Positions 15,546 through 25,289 of a stretch of 35,708 nucleotides of DNA are shown here, piece after piece. The translations under genes were made by a program, and so were the position numbers. This DNA is from an uncultured Candidatus Saccharibacteria bacterium (GTDB taxonomy: Bacteria; Patescibacteriota; Minisyncoccia; Phycocordibacterales; Phycocordibacteraceae). A model generated the notes under the pieces. It saw nothing but the letters and a program-made list of their open reading frames with translations. It was not told where the DNA came from and ran no database searches. Each line of letters opens with the position of its first letter. Position 1 is the stretch's first letter. The DNA lies in NCBI GenBank assembly GCA_964650475.1, contig CAZYRK010000004.1, forward strand, positions 3,787 to 39,494. Reading direction: 5' to 3'.

Positions 15546-17673
15546 TTCCTTCTTTTGTTGTTTTAGGATACTTCGTAATTACAGAACGTATTTGCGCGAT
15601 TGCTTTTTGCGTGTGCCCCGCTAGTGCTTCAACAAGCGCAAGATGAAAAGCGTCACTGGTAGTGCTACCTTTTTTGGCAACGCGCGCACTGTAAATTGTG
15701 AGCAACGGGGCGTAATCTTTCATTACAATATACGACTCTATCAATGCCGGGTTATCAACTGAAACAGTACCGAATGTTTTCAGTAAGATTTTATTTGCTT
15801 CGGCTTTGTCACCCGCGAGTATATTTCCGGAGGCACCATATACTGCGAGTCTTTTAAACTGAGGGGCGAGCGCGTACGCTTTTTTAAGAAGCTTCGCAGC
15901 ACCTTTCGTATCCCCTGTTTTAAGGCGAATTAAGCCGTCTTCAAGTATTATGGTTTCTTTATTCGGAGAAAGTTCACGTGCTTTTTCTATTTGAACAAGA
16001 GCTCTTTTATAATCTCCAAAAGTTGCATACCCTATTGCGAGCTCAAAACGAATGCGTGCATCTTCCGGCAATTCTGCCACTTCTTTTTTCATTTCATTTA
16101 TAGCCAACGTAGCAATTTTTTGTTTGTCCGCCATAGAAACCCGTGGCGAGTCTACGACACGCATTGAAAATGAAAGTAACTGTTCGCGTACCTCTTGCTT
16201 TGCAAACGCTGGGTGCGCAAGCTCATCTTTCCATGCAGAAATACTCGCGGTAATACTTCCGTGTGGAGTTAAAGCATTTATAAGACCTGTGCTTGCTTTT
16301 ATCCCAGGTACATTTACAAAAAACATTGTGCTGAGAAAAGCCACGAGCACAACAGGCAACGCCACTTGACCGGCACTGGCAGATGTAAGCTCCGGAGCCT
16401 CCTCGAGCATCTTTATCGGGCTTCCAGCTTTCCCATCGATAAGCGCGAGCACCGCAAAGAAACCTATGTAAGAAACAATATTGTCGAATACGAAAAGATT
16501 ATGAAAAGCATATCCTGCGAAAAGCGCCGTGAACGCTATCTGCTCTACGCGCGAAAAAGGAGACTTCCAAAGCACCCATATTGCAGAAAAGAAAAGAGAA
16601 AGATACAGAAGAAACGCCGGCAAACCACCTGCAACAAGCCAGTCTATAAAAGCGTTGTGCGCGCGGTCAAACCATTGCTCCTGTGCGTATAGCGAAGGGT
16701 TGTAATATTTATTAAACACATAATTAAAACCTTCCTGACCCCAGCCAACAACCGGTCTTTCCTGAAAACCTTTCCATGCCATATTCCAAATAGTGAAGCG
16801 TGTCTGACCGTCTGCAAGAGATATGGATGCGATACGCCCCAAAACCGGATCGTGGCGAATAGCTCCAGTATCTTTTGCGAGCAAAAAACCGCCAGCAATC
16901 ATAACAATGAGTATCACCGCGCCCGTTGCAACAGTGCGCGCGCGCTTCCCCATTGTGAAAAGCGCAAGCAGAGCCGAGAGCAACAACCCTCCGGCAAGCC
17001 CCAGAATGGTTCCGCGAGTAGCTGTTGCAAAAAGTATCCATGCGGAAAGTGCCATGAATACAAAAAGAACATATCGTAACCATTTCTTTTTAGTGGTAAA
17101 AGCCAGCCAGCCTGCAACGAAAAATTGGAACAACATGAAAACCGCAAGATATGCGGCGTTTCCAAGAGAGGCATCGAGACGCACACCTCCCTGATGGATT
17201 TTTGCTACACCTGCTAATTGTAAGAAGCCGTATGAAATAACATACGATGCTGTAACAATAGATGTGTACCACCATGCTCGCCACTTCTTTTCCACACGCA
17301 AAAAAGTACTTGCAACCAAAAAGAATGCCAGCAAATGCACGAGAGTGACCCACCCTTCCATACGCTCAAAATTACTCCAAAACGCCTTAGTGGAGTTTAT
17401 CGCAAAAGTGTCCGCCACAAACATCCACGCGACAAAAGCCACGAGCACTATAGACACCAGGCTTTTACGCGGTCTGTATTTTTTATCTACAAGTGCCAAC
17501 AAAACCCAGCCGGCAAAAGCTATTTCAACCGCGATACGGAAAAAGAATGCCTTCCCTGTTATAAACGGAAAGAAATAACTGTTTGCTACGATAACAGGAG
17601 TAAACGGAACAAGGAAAAGCCCGCAAATGGTAATAAAACGTGCGATTGTTTTTACAGTGCTGTTATCACGCAT
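15508..17673 (-). CDS. O-antigen ligase/O-oligosaccharyltransferase-like polytopic membrane protein with C-terminal TPR region
   Basis: Many TM helices; RLDASLGNAAYLA, TATRG, RFTIW...GWGQEGF, FDRAHN (Wzy_C/WaaL-type motifs); TPR-like helical C-terminus; start set at ATG 17673 (MRDNS). Confidence 0.85.
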   Translation of the reverse strand: MRDNSTVKTIARFITICGLFLVPFTPVIVANSYFFPFITGKAFFFRIAVEIAFAGWVLLALVDKKYRPRKSLVSIVLVAFVAWMFVADTFAINSTKAFWSNFERMEGWVTLVHLLAFFLVASTFLRVEKKWRAWWYTSIVTASYVISYGFLQLAGVAKIHQGGVRLDASLGNAAYLAVFMLFQFFVAGWLAFTTKKKWLRYVLFVFMALSAWILFATATRGTILGLAGGLLLSALLALFTMGKRARTVATGAVILIVMIAGGFLLAKDTGAIRHDPVLGRIASISLADGQTRFTIWNMAWKGFQERPVVGWGQEGFNYVFNKYYNPSLYAQEQWFDRAHNAFIDWLVAGGLPAFLLYLSLFFSAIWVLWKSPFSRVEQIAFTALFAGYAFHNLFVFDNIVSYIGFFAVLALIDGKAGSPIKMLEEAPELTSASAGQVALPVVLVAFLSTMFFVNVPGIKASTGLINALTPHGSITASISAWKDELAHPAFAKQEVREQLLSFSMRVVDSPRVSMADKQKIATLAINEMKKEVAELPEDARIRFELAIGYATFGDYKRALVQIEKARELSPNKETIILEDGLIRLKTGDTKGAAKLLKKAYALAPQFKRLAVYGASGNILAGDKAEANKILLKTFGTVSVDNPALIESYIVMKDYAPLLTIYSARVAKKGSTTSDAFHLALVEALAGHTQKAIAQIRSVITKYPKTTKEGNALIKRIQQGKI

Positions 17674-17691
17674 GATGTAAAAGACTATAGC

Positions 17692-17728
17692 ACAAAACAA
17701 CGCCGCGCTTCGCGCGGCGTTGTTTTGT
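17692..17728. terminator. Perfect 17-bp stem hairpin, likely intrinsic terminator of 17757-18728
   Basis: ACAAAACAACGCCGCGC-TTC-GCGCGGCGTTGTTTTGT. Confidence 0.8.
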
Positions 17729-17756
17729 TTTTAACGAACACTTGCTCTAAAACGAA

Positions 17757-18728
17757 CTAGAAGCGCCAGCTAAAGATACCCCAGAGGCCTGCCTGTCTTT
17801 GTGCAACTTTCTGCAATCGAACCTGTTCATCTTTCATAGCCTGAACTTGATCACCGAGCGCCTTTTTAACATCTCCTGTCGTACTTGCTTCTGAAACAAG
17901 CTTTGTAAGAGATTGAATACGCGCTTGGTTTTGTTCAACCTGTTGTTTGATAACATCTGCAGCTTTCGTGTCGCCACCAAAGAAGAGGTTCTTCCAAAAA
18001 CCACGCGACTGTATTTGCGCTTCTACGTTTGTCGTAGTAGCAACAGAGCCATCTACTTGGCGAGCGATATCTGAAACCTTTTGCCCGATATCTTTACCAA
18101 GCAAGTCACGCGATGCAAGAAGTGCGTGCACAGCAACGCGCATCGGTGCGACACCCTCGAGAATCTTTTGGAAACGCGGTGATGTACTTGCTATACGCGC
18201 CTGAAGCTTCACTTGACGTGCGCGAATTGCCCTTCTCAGCTCTACCAACGAATGCGCCGGTGTTGTTGTGCCTTCGATTTCCATCTCGATACGATTTTCA
18301 AACATTTCCCCGGCATGTCTTAAACGGCGCCTAATTTGTTTCCTCACTTTTTCTCCTTGATGAGAATTTTGCTCGCGCATCTTTTCTCCTATTTCTCTAC
18401 GAGACGAGCTAGATACATTTTCATTTCCATGCTCTCTTTCCATTTTTCCCGCGCGCCTCTCTTGCATAAGCTCACGTGCTTTTTCCATACGATTGCTAGC
18501 GTCTTTCCTTTCAGAATTAATACGCGCTTGCATACGAGCCCCATAGGCATTAACTTTCATATGCTCATCACGCTCTGTTGTGGATGTGCTTGATACACCT
18601 CCTGTACTAACACTCGCAGAAACATTTTCACTTACGTCTGTTTCTTGCGCATGCACTGCTACGGCAGGAACCCCTCCCATAGAGAGCGTAAGTGCCGCTG
18701 CAACAAATCCATATATATATTTTTTCAT
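17757..18728 (-). CDS. Secreted coiled-coil protein of unknown function
   Basis: Signal peptide (MKKYIYGFVAAALTLSMGG...VHA-Q); charged helical body; C-terminal RGFWKNLFFGGD...GIFSWRF. Confidence 0.75.
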   Translation of the reverse strand: MKKYIYGFVAAALTLSMGGVPAVAVHAQETDVSENVSASVSTGGVSSTSTTERDEHMKVNAYGARMQARINSERKDASNRMEKARELMQERRAGKMEREHGNENVSSSSRREIGEKMREQNSHQGEKVRKQIRRRLRHAGEMFENRIEMEIEGTTTPAHSLVELRRAIRARQVKLQARIASTSPRFQKILEGVAPMRVAVHALLASRDLLGKDIGQKVSDIARQVDGSVATTTNVEAQIQSRGFWKNLFFGGDTKAADVIKQQVEQNQARIQSLTKLVSEASTTGDVKKALGDQVQAMKDEQVRLQKVAQRQAGLWGIFSWRF

Positions 18729-18937
18729 AAAAACAATTTTTTTAAATTAATTACTGTTATACGTAACTACAATATAGTATACCGTACAGCACCCACAAAC
18801 GCGCACTGTAAATATCCACTTAACGTATCTATTGCCCACACATCACTTCACCCTATATACACTTGCACTCTTTATTCTGGTCTTCCAAATAATCACGAAA
18901 TTTAAATTTAAAGATACACAATATACACTGATACCAC

Positions 18938-18970
18938 TTGACACCCCATGATACTTTTATACACTGTATA
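18938..18970 (+). promoter_or_regulatory. Sigma70 promoter with overlapping palindromic operator
   Basis: TTGACA (18938-43), 16-nt spacer, TACACT (18960-65); perfect inverted repeat TATACA-C-TGTATA at 18958-18970. Confidence 0.6.
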
Positions 18971-18984
18971 GGTAAATTAAAACT

Positions 18985-19233
18985 ATGAACGAAGAAATCC
19001 TAGCAAACGCAGTATATACGACGAACGAGACGCAGAAACTACTAAAAATAAGCAATAGCACCATAAAACGCATGCTTAAAAAAGGGTTAATTCGCGCAAA
19101 CAAAGTCGGCGGTCAATACCGTATACTTGGAAAAGAGATTTTACGGCTCGTCTCGCCAGAGCTTGAAAAGAGTGCGGTAGCATCGTACACAGGCTTAAAG
19201 AAACACGTCGTAAACAAAATAAACAAGTGGTAA
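18985..19233 (+). CDS. Excisionase-family (HTH_17-like) DNA-binding protein heading the glycan operon
   Basis: VYTTNETQKLLKISNSTIKRMLKKGLIRANKVGGQYRI. Confidence 0.85.
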   Translation: MNEEILANAVYTTNETQKLLKISNSTIKRMLKKGLIRANKVGGQYRILGKEILRLVSPELEKSAVASYTGLKKHVVNKINKW

Positions 19234-19243
19234 AAAATAGACC

Positions 19244-20065
19244 ATGCAAAAAACAACACTCATTAAACCAAAGAAGGCGCTCAGCCTAGACGACATAAAA
19301 GAAATCTGGCAATACAAAGAACTGCTATATTTTTTCACATGGAAAGACTTTAAGGTTCGCTACAAGCAAACCGCCATAGGTGTTTTGTGGGCTATATTCC
19401 AACCATTTATAACCATGGTCGTGTTTAGTGTCTTTTTCGGAAAGTTTGCACACATGCCCTCGGACGGAATCCCCTATCCGATATTCGTATATACCGGGCT
19501 ACTATTTTGGCAATTCTTTTCATCAGCACTCACACAAACAAGCGGTTCGCTAATAGCGAACTCAAATATTATTACAAAAGTATATTTCCCTCGACTTATA
19601 CTTCCCATATCCGGAGTCATCACAAAATTCGTAGACTTTTTCATATCCGCAATAATTCTGGTCGGCATGATGATTTACTATGGCTATGTACCAAACCTTT
19701 CAGGAATATGGATACTTCCGCTACTCCTTATTATAACCTTCATGGCAGCAATAGGAGGCGGGCTATTTCTTGCCTCTATAAATGTGAAGTACCGCGACGT
19801 ACGATACGTCTTGCCTTATTTCATTCAAACAATGCTCTTTCTAACCCCTGTTATTTATCCTGCGAGCATGGTCGGAAAATACTCGTGGCTTTTGGCAATG
19901 AACCCTATGACGGGGGTTATAAAAGCTGCGAGAGCATCGCTTTTCGGAAACGCCCCTGTAAACTGGGAGCTTCTTGGAATTTCATTTATCGCCGTCTCTA
20001 TATTACTTATAATAGGTGTAACCTTTTTCAAAAAAACTGAAAAATACTTCGCGGATATCGTATAA
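19244..20065 (+). CDS. wzm: Polysaccharide ABC transporter permease
   Basis: KDFKVRYKQTAIGVLWAIFQP, KVYFPR, KYRDVRY, LTPVIYP, MNPMT; ABC-2 permease pattern. Confidence 0.93.
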   Translation: MQKTTLIKPKKALSLDDIKEIWQYKELLYFFTWKDFKVRYKQTAIGVLWAIFQPFITMVVFSVFFGKFAHMPSDGIPYPIFVYTGLLFWQFFSSALTQTSGSLIANSNIITKVYFPRLILPISGVITKFVDFFISAIILVGMMIYYGYVPNLSGIWILPLLLIITFMAAIGGGLFLASINVKYRDVRYVLPYFIQTMLFLTPVIYPASMVGKYSWLLAMNPMTGVIKAARASLFGNAPVNWELLGISFIAVSILLIIGVTFFKKTEKYFADIV

Positions 20066-20080
20066 TTTACATAGAACAAT

Positions 20081-21319
20081 ATGGAACCGATTATAACCAT
20101 CAAAGGAATGTCAAAAAAATATAATATAACCCACCAGCAGGGGGGCTATGTTGCATTAAGAGACATCCTCGCCGAGACAGCCAAGCACCCTTTTAAATTT
20201 CTAAAAGACAAAACCAAAAAAGTAATTCGCAGAGAAACGCGAGAGGAGTTTTGGGCACTAAAAAACATAAGCTTCACCGTGAACAAAGGCGAAGCCGTTG
20301 GCATTATCGGGGCAAACGGTGCAGGAAAATCCACCCTCCTAAAAATACTTTCAAAAATAACCCCGCCGACAGAAGGCACAATAGAATACAAAGGCACAAT
20401 GTCTTCCCTACTGGAAGTGGGCACCGGCTTTCACCCAGAGCTAACAGGCAGAGAAAATATTTTCCTAAACGGGGCGATACTTGGCATGACCAAAAAAGAA
20501 ATCGTGGAAAAGTTTGACGACATCGTGATGTTTTCCGGAGTCGGAAAATTCCTCGACATGCAAGTAAAGAGATACTCCTCCGGAATGTCTGTACGACTTG
20601 CTTTTGCCGTTGCCGCGCATATGGAACCGGATATTTTAGTGGTCGATGAGGTGCTTGCAGTGGGCGATGCGGAATTTCAAAAAAAATGCCTCGGCAAAAT
20701 GGACGAGGTAACAAAAAAATACGGGCGCACCATCCTTTTTGTCAGCCACAACCTCCCTGCCGTACAAAGCCTGTGCAAAAGATGCATACTTATTGAAGCT
20801 GGAGAAATTAAAATGATCGGCGACACCAAAGATGTCATTGCACGGTACTTAAAACTATCACAGAATGGACCAAAAAGAGTGGGACCTTACAAGACAAATA
20901 TTGATAATTTTTATATAGAAAATATTAAACTTATCAATAGAAATAAATCTATTTATAATCAACCGTTAGAATTTGAGTTAATTCTAACTTCCGCCAAACC
21001 AATAAACAATATTTTGATCGGGCTACAAATAACAAACAGCCAATTGGTAAGAATAATGACCGCCAAAGTTGATATCCCCAAAATGGATGTAGGTAAAAAT
21101 AAATTACATATTACTATTGAGAACCCTTATTTGCCTCCCGGTAATTATAATTTGAACGCTGGTATAGGAGTTTTGGGAAATAACGTTTTTTATAAGACAC
21201 ATTTATTACCCTTTGAGATATCAACTGAAGGAATTGAGGATATGTTTGCCATATCCAAAAAAGATATTTTGGGAGTATACCCTCCAGTAAGTTACGTTTT
21301 AGAAAAAATAGAAAAATAA
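20081..21319 (+). CDS. wzt: Polysaccharide ABC transporter ATPase with C-terminal carbohydrate-binding domain
   Basis: EEFWALKNISF, GANGAGKS, GFHPELTGREN, YSSGM, DEVLAVGD; C-terminal beta domain (LPPGNY). Confidence 0.94.
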   Translation: MEPIITIKGMSKKYNITHQQGGYVALRDILAETAKHPFKFLKDKTKKVIRRETREEFWALKNISFTVNKGEAVGIIGANGAGKSTLLKILSKITPPTEGTIEYKGTMSSLLEVGTGFHPELTGRENIFLNGAILGMTKKEIVEKFDDIVMFSGVGKFLDMQVKRYSSGMSVRLAFAVAAHMEPDILVVDEVLAVGDAEFQKKCLGKMDEVTKKYGRTILFVSHNLPAVQSLCKRCILIEAGEIKMIGDTKDVIARYLKLSQNGPKRVGPYKTNIDNFYIENIKLINRNKSIYNQPLEFELILTSAKPINNILIGLQITNSQLVRIMTAKVDIPKMDVGKNKLHITIENPYLPPGNYNLNAGIGVLGNNVFYKTHLLPFEISTEGIEDMFAISKKDILGVYPPVSYVLEKIEK

Positions 21320-21335
21320 TAATAAAGGATACGAC

Positions 21336-22346
21336 ATGACTCACACAATAATTAGTTGGGATTGTAGTTATAGAAATTTTTTCCATATTATTGACGGACT
21401 ACTACTTCAAGACTACCCCAAGGAAGAGTTTGAGCTTATCTATATCGAACAACGGAGTAAGAAAGTGGCTAATAAACACAATCGCAGTCTTGGACTAAGT
21501 TCTCTTGAAGACCGATATAGAGAAGTAAAAAATAAATTAAATATTAAGATTATTTATTTAGACGAACCCGGAACAGTTCCTTTCCATTGGGGTAGATGTA
21601 ATAATGCCGGACTTAGTATCGCTAAAGGTAAAATAATATCTGTTATGGATGGAGACCAACTATTACCAAGAGATTTTTTGATTAAGCTACAAAACTTCCA
21701 CGAGAGGAGCCCTGATGCTGTAATAAATATCTACAGGAAAATGGCTCAATATCCTGCTGGTGTAAAATCGTATAAAAAATGGTTCGAGGCAAGTAATGAT
21801 TTCCATAAGTGCTTGAATACCTGCCTTAACAAGAACTCTACTGTTCCAAAAAATGCAGGGAATAAAGGGCCTATGATATCTGCTCGCAAAGAATATTGGG
21901 ATAAGATAGGAGGATATGACCCGCACAAAATTTGGAGTACCAGTTTATCAAAATTGGGGGGGGATGTTAATAAACGACTGGAAATAGCAACGGGGTCACA
22001 AAGCGTTTGTCTACCAAATTGCTTTACAGTACACCCATGGCATCCACGAGGAACAGAATCCTTACGCCAAAATGAAAGTATTTTGAAATATTTTTCTTTT
22101 CAAGATAAACTGACTGACTGGTCTACTAAACACAATGAACCGCACCATAAAAAAAGATTGCTCTTGGCAGATAAAATTTATAAAGAAAATAAAAAAAGTA
22201 TTGAAATGATTCGGTCTCTGTATCATATTGATGAGACAAAGAATGATGTTATTCTAAAAAGTATACTCAAGATAAAGTTTCAAAATCAGTACGCTCGACT
22301 TAAAGGTATTATTTATAGAATTAGAATTAAATATAAATTATTATGA
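21336..22346 (+). CDS. Glycosyltransferase, GT-A fold (GT2-like)
   Basis: QDYPKEEFELI, NNAGLSIAKGKIISVMDGD, IGGYD. Confidence 0.8.
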   Translation: MTHTIISWDCSYRNFFHIIDGLLLQDYPKEEFELIYIEQRSKKVANKHNRSLGLSSLEDRYREVKNKLNIKIIYLDEPGTVPFHWGRCNNAGLSIAKGKIISVMDGDQLLPRDFLIKLQNFHERSPDAVINIYRKMAQYPAGVKSYKKWFEASNDFHKCLNTCLNKNSTVPKNAGNKGPMISARKEYWDKIGGYDPHKIWSTSLSKLGGDVNKRLEIATGSQSVCLPNCFTVHPWHPRGTESLRQNESILKYFSFQDKLTDWSTKHNEPHHKKRLLLADKIYKENKKSIEMIRSLYHIDETKNDVILKSILKIKFQNQYARLKGIIYRIRIKYKLL

Positions 22347-22374
22347 AACATATTTTATTAAAATTAATAATCAA

Positions 22375-23322
22375 ATGATTAAACTTATATTTAATGGTTA
22401 TTACCGTTCAGGGACAACGATGATGTATAAGATACTAAAAAAAAGCAATCCTAAAACAGATTGTTTTTATGAGCCGCTACATCCAAATTTGTTTAACGAA
22501 ATAACAAAAGGAACTGCAACATCCCTACATAAATTTTATCCATGGAGCGACTATAACGAAAGCAATTTTAAATCTGTTTCAAAAAGATATAGACTAGTCC
22601 ATAGTAAATTAAAAAAAACAGGTGATGATATTATTCCTACTAATCTCCAAGAGATTAGACCTCTTTTTGATCTTTTCCAAAATTTCAAAAAAGACGTAGT
22701 ATTACAACCCAACAGATGTCACCTCGTTCTAAAAGAGGCTACGAGCAACTACAATTGTAAATTTGTACACATAGTCCGTAACCCTATTAACGTTTGGTTA
22801 AGCCAAACATTAACACCACCAATAAGAAATAGAGACCGGCTTAGAAAAACCTATGGATTTGTAACAAGTCTTTTTGGTAAGACTGGCAAAAAATACTTTT
22901 TGATGAAATACTTACCAAAAAATAAAGAGGTTGGAAACTTTTTTTTTGGAGATTCTGACTATAAACTTATAGCGAATAAATTTAATAGACCAATTAACGA
23001 AAAAAATCAACTGTCTAAAATGCTTACTGTTTGGACATATTTTAATTACCAAGCTTTTGTTCAAGCGAGTAATGGAAACGGGATGATTGTTTTTTATGAA
23101 GACATTGTACTTGAACCTGAAAAATGGTTAAAAATAATATCAAATTTTTCAGGTTTAAAATTAGATAAAAAATATGCTAAAAACATACTTCCCAAAATAG
23201 ACTCCGATAAAAATTTAAGACAGGGCTTTGTAAAAAAATTAAAAGAGCTTGAATTAATTGATATGGTTAAAGAATTCTACCCTCCTGAAAACTGGTTTGG
23301 TAATTTCGTAGAAAAAAATTAA
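22375..23322 (+). CDS. PAPS-dependent sulfotransferase
   Basis: 5'-PSB loop GYYRSGTT, FYEPLH, 3'-PB motif HIVRNPINVWLS, YEDIVLEPE. Confidence 0.82.
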   Translation: MIKLIFNGYYRSGTTMMYKILKKSNPKTDCFYEPLHPNLFNEITKGTATSLHKFYPWSDYNESNFKSVSKRYRLVHSKLKKTGDDIIPTNLQEIRPLFDLFQNFKKDVVLQPNRCHLVLKEATSNYNCKFVHIVRNPINVWLSQTLTPPIRNRDRLRKTYGFVTSLFGKTGKKYFLMKYLPKNKEVGNFFFGDSDYKLIANKFNRPINEKNQLSKMLTVWTYFNYQAFVQASNGNGMIVFYEDIVLEPEKWLKIISNFSGLKLDKKYAKNILPKIDSDKNLRQGFVKKLKELELIDMVKEFYPPENWFGNFVEKN

Positions 23323-23335
23323 ATAAAGATTTAAA

Positions 23336-24484
23336 ATGAATATCTATATAGATGGCATAATTTACAATCTACAAAAAACCGGCGGGATTTCTCGTTATTT
23401 TAATGAGTACCTCAGTAGATTAAACAATATAGAGGTTGATACAAAAATAAATATTCTAATTGATAAAGACCTGATCGGGGAACTGCCAAAAGAAGAAAAT
23501 ATTACTATTAAAAAAGTAAGACAGTTAACACCTCCACGCCCTAACCGTATTTTTAAACCTTTGTTTCAACCAATAAATAACTACCTTAAAAATAGATATT
23601 GGGAGAAGTTAACTACCGGTGTTTTTCACTCAACTTATTTTACCACCTATGAAAGCTTAAAAATTCCGCAGGTTCTTACCGTGCACGATATGATTTATGA
23701 AAAATTTCCTGTTTTTTTTCATACAAAATTAAGCTTGGAATTTGTCAAACAAAAAAAGAAGTGCATCGATTCGGCAGATGCTATTATTTGCGTCTCTGAA
23801 AACACAAAAAAAGATTTGATCGATTATTACAACGTGAATGAAAATAGAATTTCTATAATTTATTTAGGAGTTAGTCATGATTTTAAAAAAATTACAGATA
23901 AAAAAATAAAAGAAGATTTTTTAGATAAGAAAAACATTATAAAACCATACTTATTATACGTGGGTGCTAGAGATAAATATAAAAATTTTTTAGGCTTTAT
24001 TAAATCATACAATAACTTAAATGAGTTCAATTTAGATGTCATAGTTGTAGGTGGTGGAAAGTTTACAGAAAAAGAAATTAATTTGTTTAAAACAAATAAT
24101 ATTGAAAATAAAATTCATAATTTTGGTTTTGTTTCCAATAGAGAATTAATTTCATTATATAATTGTGCGAAGGCTTTTGTATTTCCATCACTTTATGAAG
24201 GGTTTGGTATACCGTTACTAGAAGCAATGGCGTGCGGAACCCCTATTGCAACATCAAATTCATCATCCCTACCAGAAGTTGCTGGAGATTCTGCTTTATA
24301 TTTTGACCCAAAAGATACAGAAAATATGACCAAAGTAATAGCACAAGTAATACTTGAGGGAAGAAATTCAAATCGTATAAAATTAGGGTTAAACAGGGTT
24401 AAAAATTTTACATGGAGTAAAACAGCGGAAGAAACCCTTAGAGTATATAAAAAAATCATAGATAAACAAAAACTAAATCAATAA
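23336..24484 (+). CDS. Glycosyltransferase family 4
   Basis: GGISRY, TVHDMI, VSENTKKD, FVFPSLYEGFGIPLLEAMACG. Confidence 0.92.
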   Translation: MNIYIDGIIYNLQKTGGISRYFNEYLSRLNNIEVDTKINILIDKDLIGELPKEENITIKKVRQLTPPRPNRIFKPLFQPINNYLKNRYWEKLTTGVFHSTYFTTYESLKIPQVLTVHDMIYEKFPVFFHTKLSLEFVKQKKKCIDSADAIICVSENTKKDLIDYYNVNENRISIIYLGVSHDFKKITDKKIKEDFLDKKNIIKPYLLYVGARDKYKNFLGFIKSYNNLNEFNLDVIVVGGGKFTEKEINLFKTNNIENKIHNFGFVSNRELISLYNCAKAFVFPSLYEGFGIPLLEAMACGTPIATSNSSSLPEVAGDSALYFDPKDTENMTKVIAQVILEGRNSNRIKLGLNRVKNFTWSKTAEETLRVYKKIIDKQKLNQ

Positions 24485-24488
24485 AAAT

Positions 24489-25289
24489 ATGCACGAGACC
24501 TTTGTTATTGTTCATGATCAAAACAAAATTATAACCTTTGAAAAAAATAGGTTTTTTTCGCAGTTTCCAAAGATTAGGTATATATTTGTCGGAGCTGGAG
24601 ATATTTCTCTTATTAAAAGTATGGATAATGTCATTATCTCGAGAAATCTACCTGACAATATTGAGAAATATAAATATCTTGTAGCATATACAGCTTGGTA
24701 TTCCTTGGTGAAAAATAATTTAATTAGAACCCTTTTCGTTACTCTGCTCGAATATGACATAAGTCTTTCTAAGGATTTTTATTTGAAGTCCTCTACTAAA
24801 CTTAAAAAGAACCCCCGTGCGGTTATTGGTTATGTACCCCATTCAATGGGTAGTCCTTATTTCTTATCTGGAAACAAAGGGGCTGATATTTTAATAGATG
24901 GCGTTAATAACGTTTATCAAGTTAATATTAAGCAAATTATAGATTCCTATATAAAAAATACCGGGGACAACACGTGGCCATCAACAAGCAATATCAGTAT
25001 GAGTAGCGAGACTCTTAGAAATTTCGTAAAGTGGTTTACCCCAATTTCAATTTTAATAAGGAATGACAAAAACTGTGGACACTCATTTGAAAGAGCTGTA
25101 AAAATATATTGCATATTAAATAATATAAAAAATTACTATATTTCAGACGTCCTTAAACATTACCAGCTTGATTCTCACTGTACTCAACAAAATTCTCCTG
25201 ATACTATAAAATCAAAATACAAATTCTTAAGGAGGCTTAAATTAAGATTTCTTAAGAAATTCTTAAAATATCTTTTTTATGAAACCTAA
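24489..25289 (+). CDS. Hypothetical glycan-locus protein, possibly a glycosyltransferase
   Basis: Co-oriented and coupled ORF; LLEYD and GHSFER motifs are only suggestive. Confidence 0.55.
   Translation: MHETFVIVHDQNKIITFEKNRFFSQFPKIRYIFVGAGDISLIKSMDNVIISRNLPDNIEKYKYLVAYTAWYSLVKNNLIRTLFVTLLEYDISLSKDFYLKSSTKLKKNPRAVIGYVPHSMGSPYFLSGNKGADILIDGVNNVYQVNIKQIIDSYIKNTGDNTWPSTSNISMSSETLRNFVKWFTPISILIRNDKNCGHSFERAVKIYCILNNIKNYYISDVLKHYQLDSHCTQQNSPDTIKSKYKFLRRLKLRFLKKFLKYLFYET

Noticed and set aside
18985-19233. Prophage or integrative element implied by an excisionase-like gene
   Set aside because: No integrase, att-like repeat, tRNA or phage gene seen in the window.
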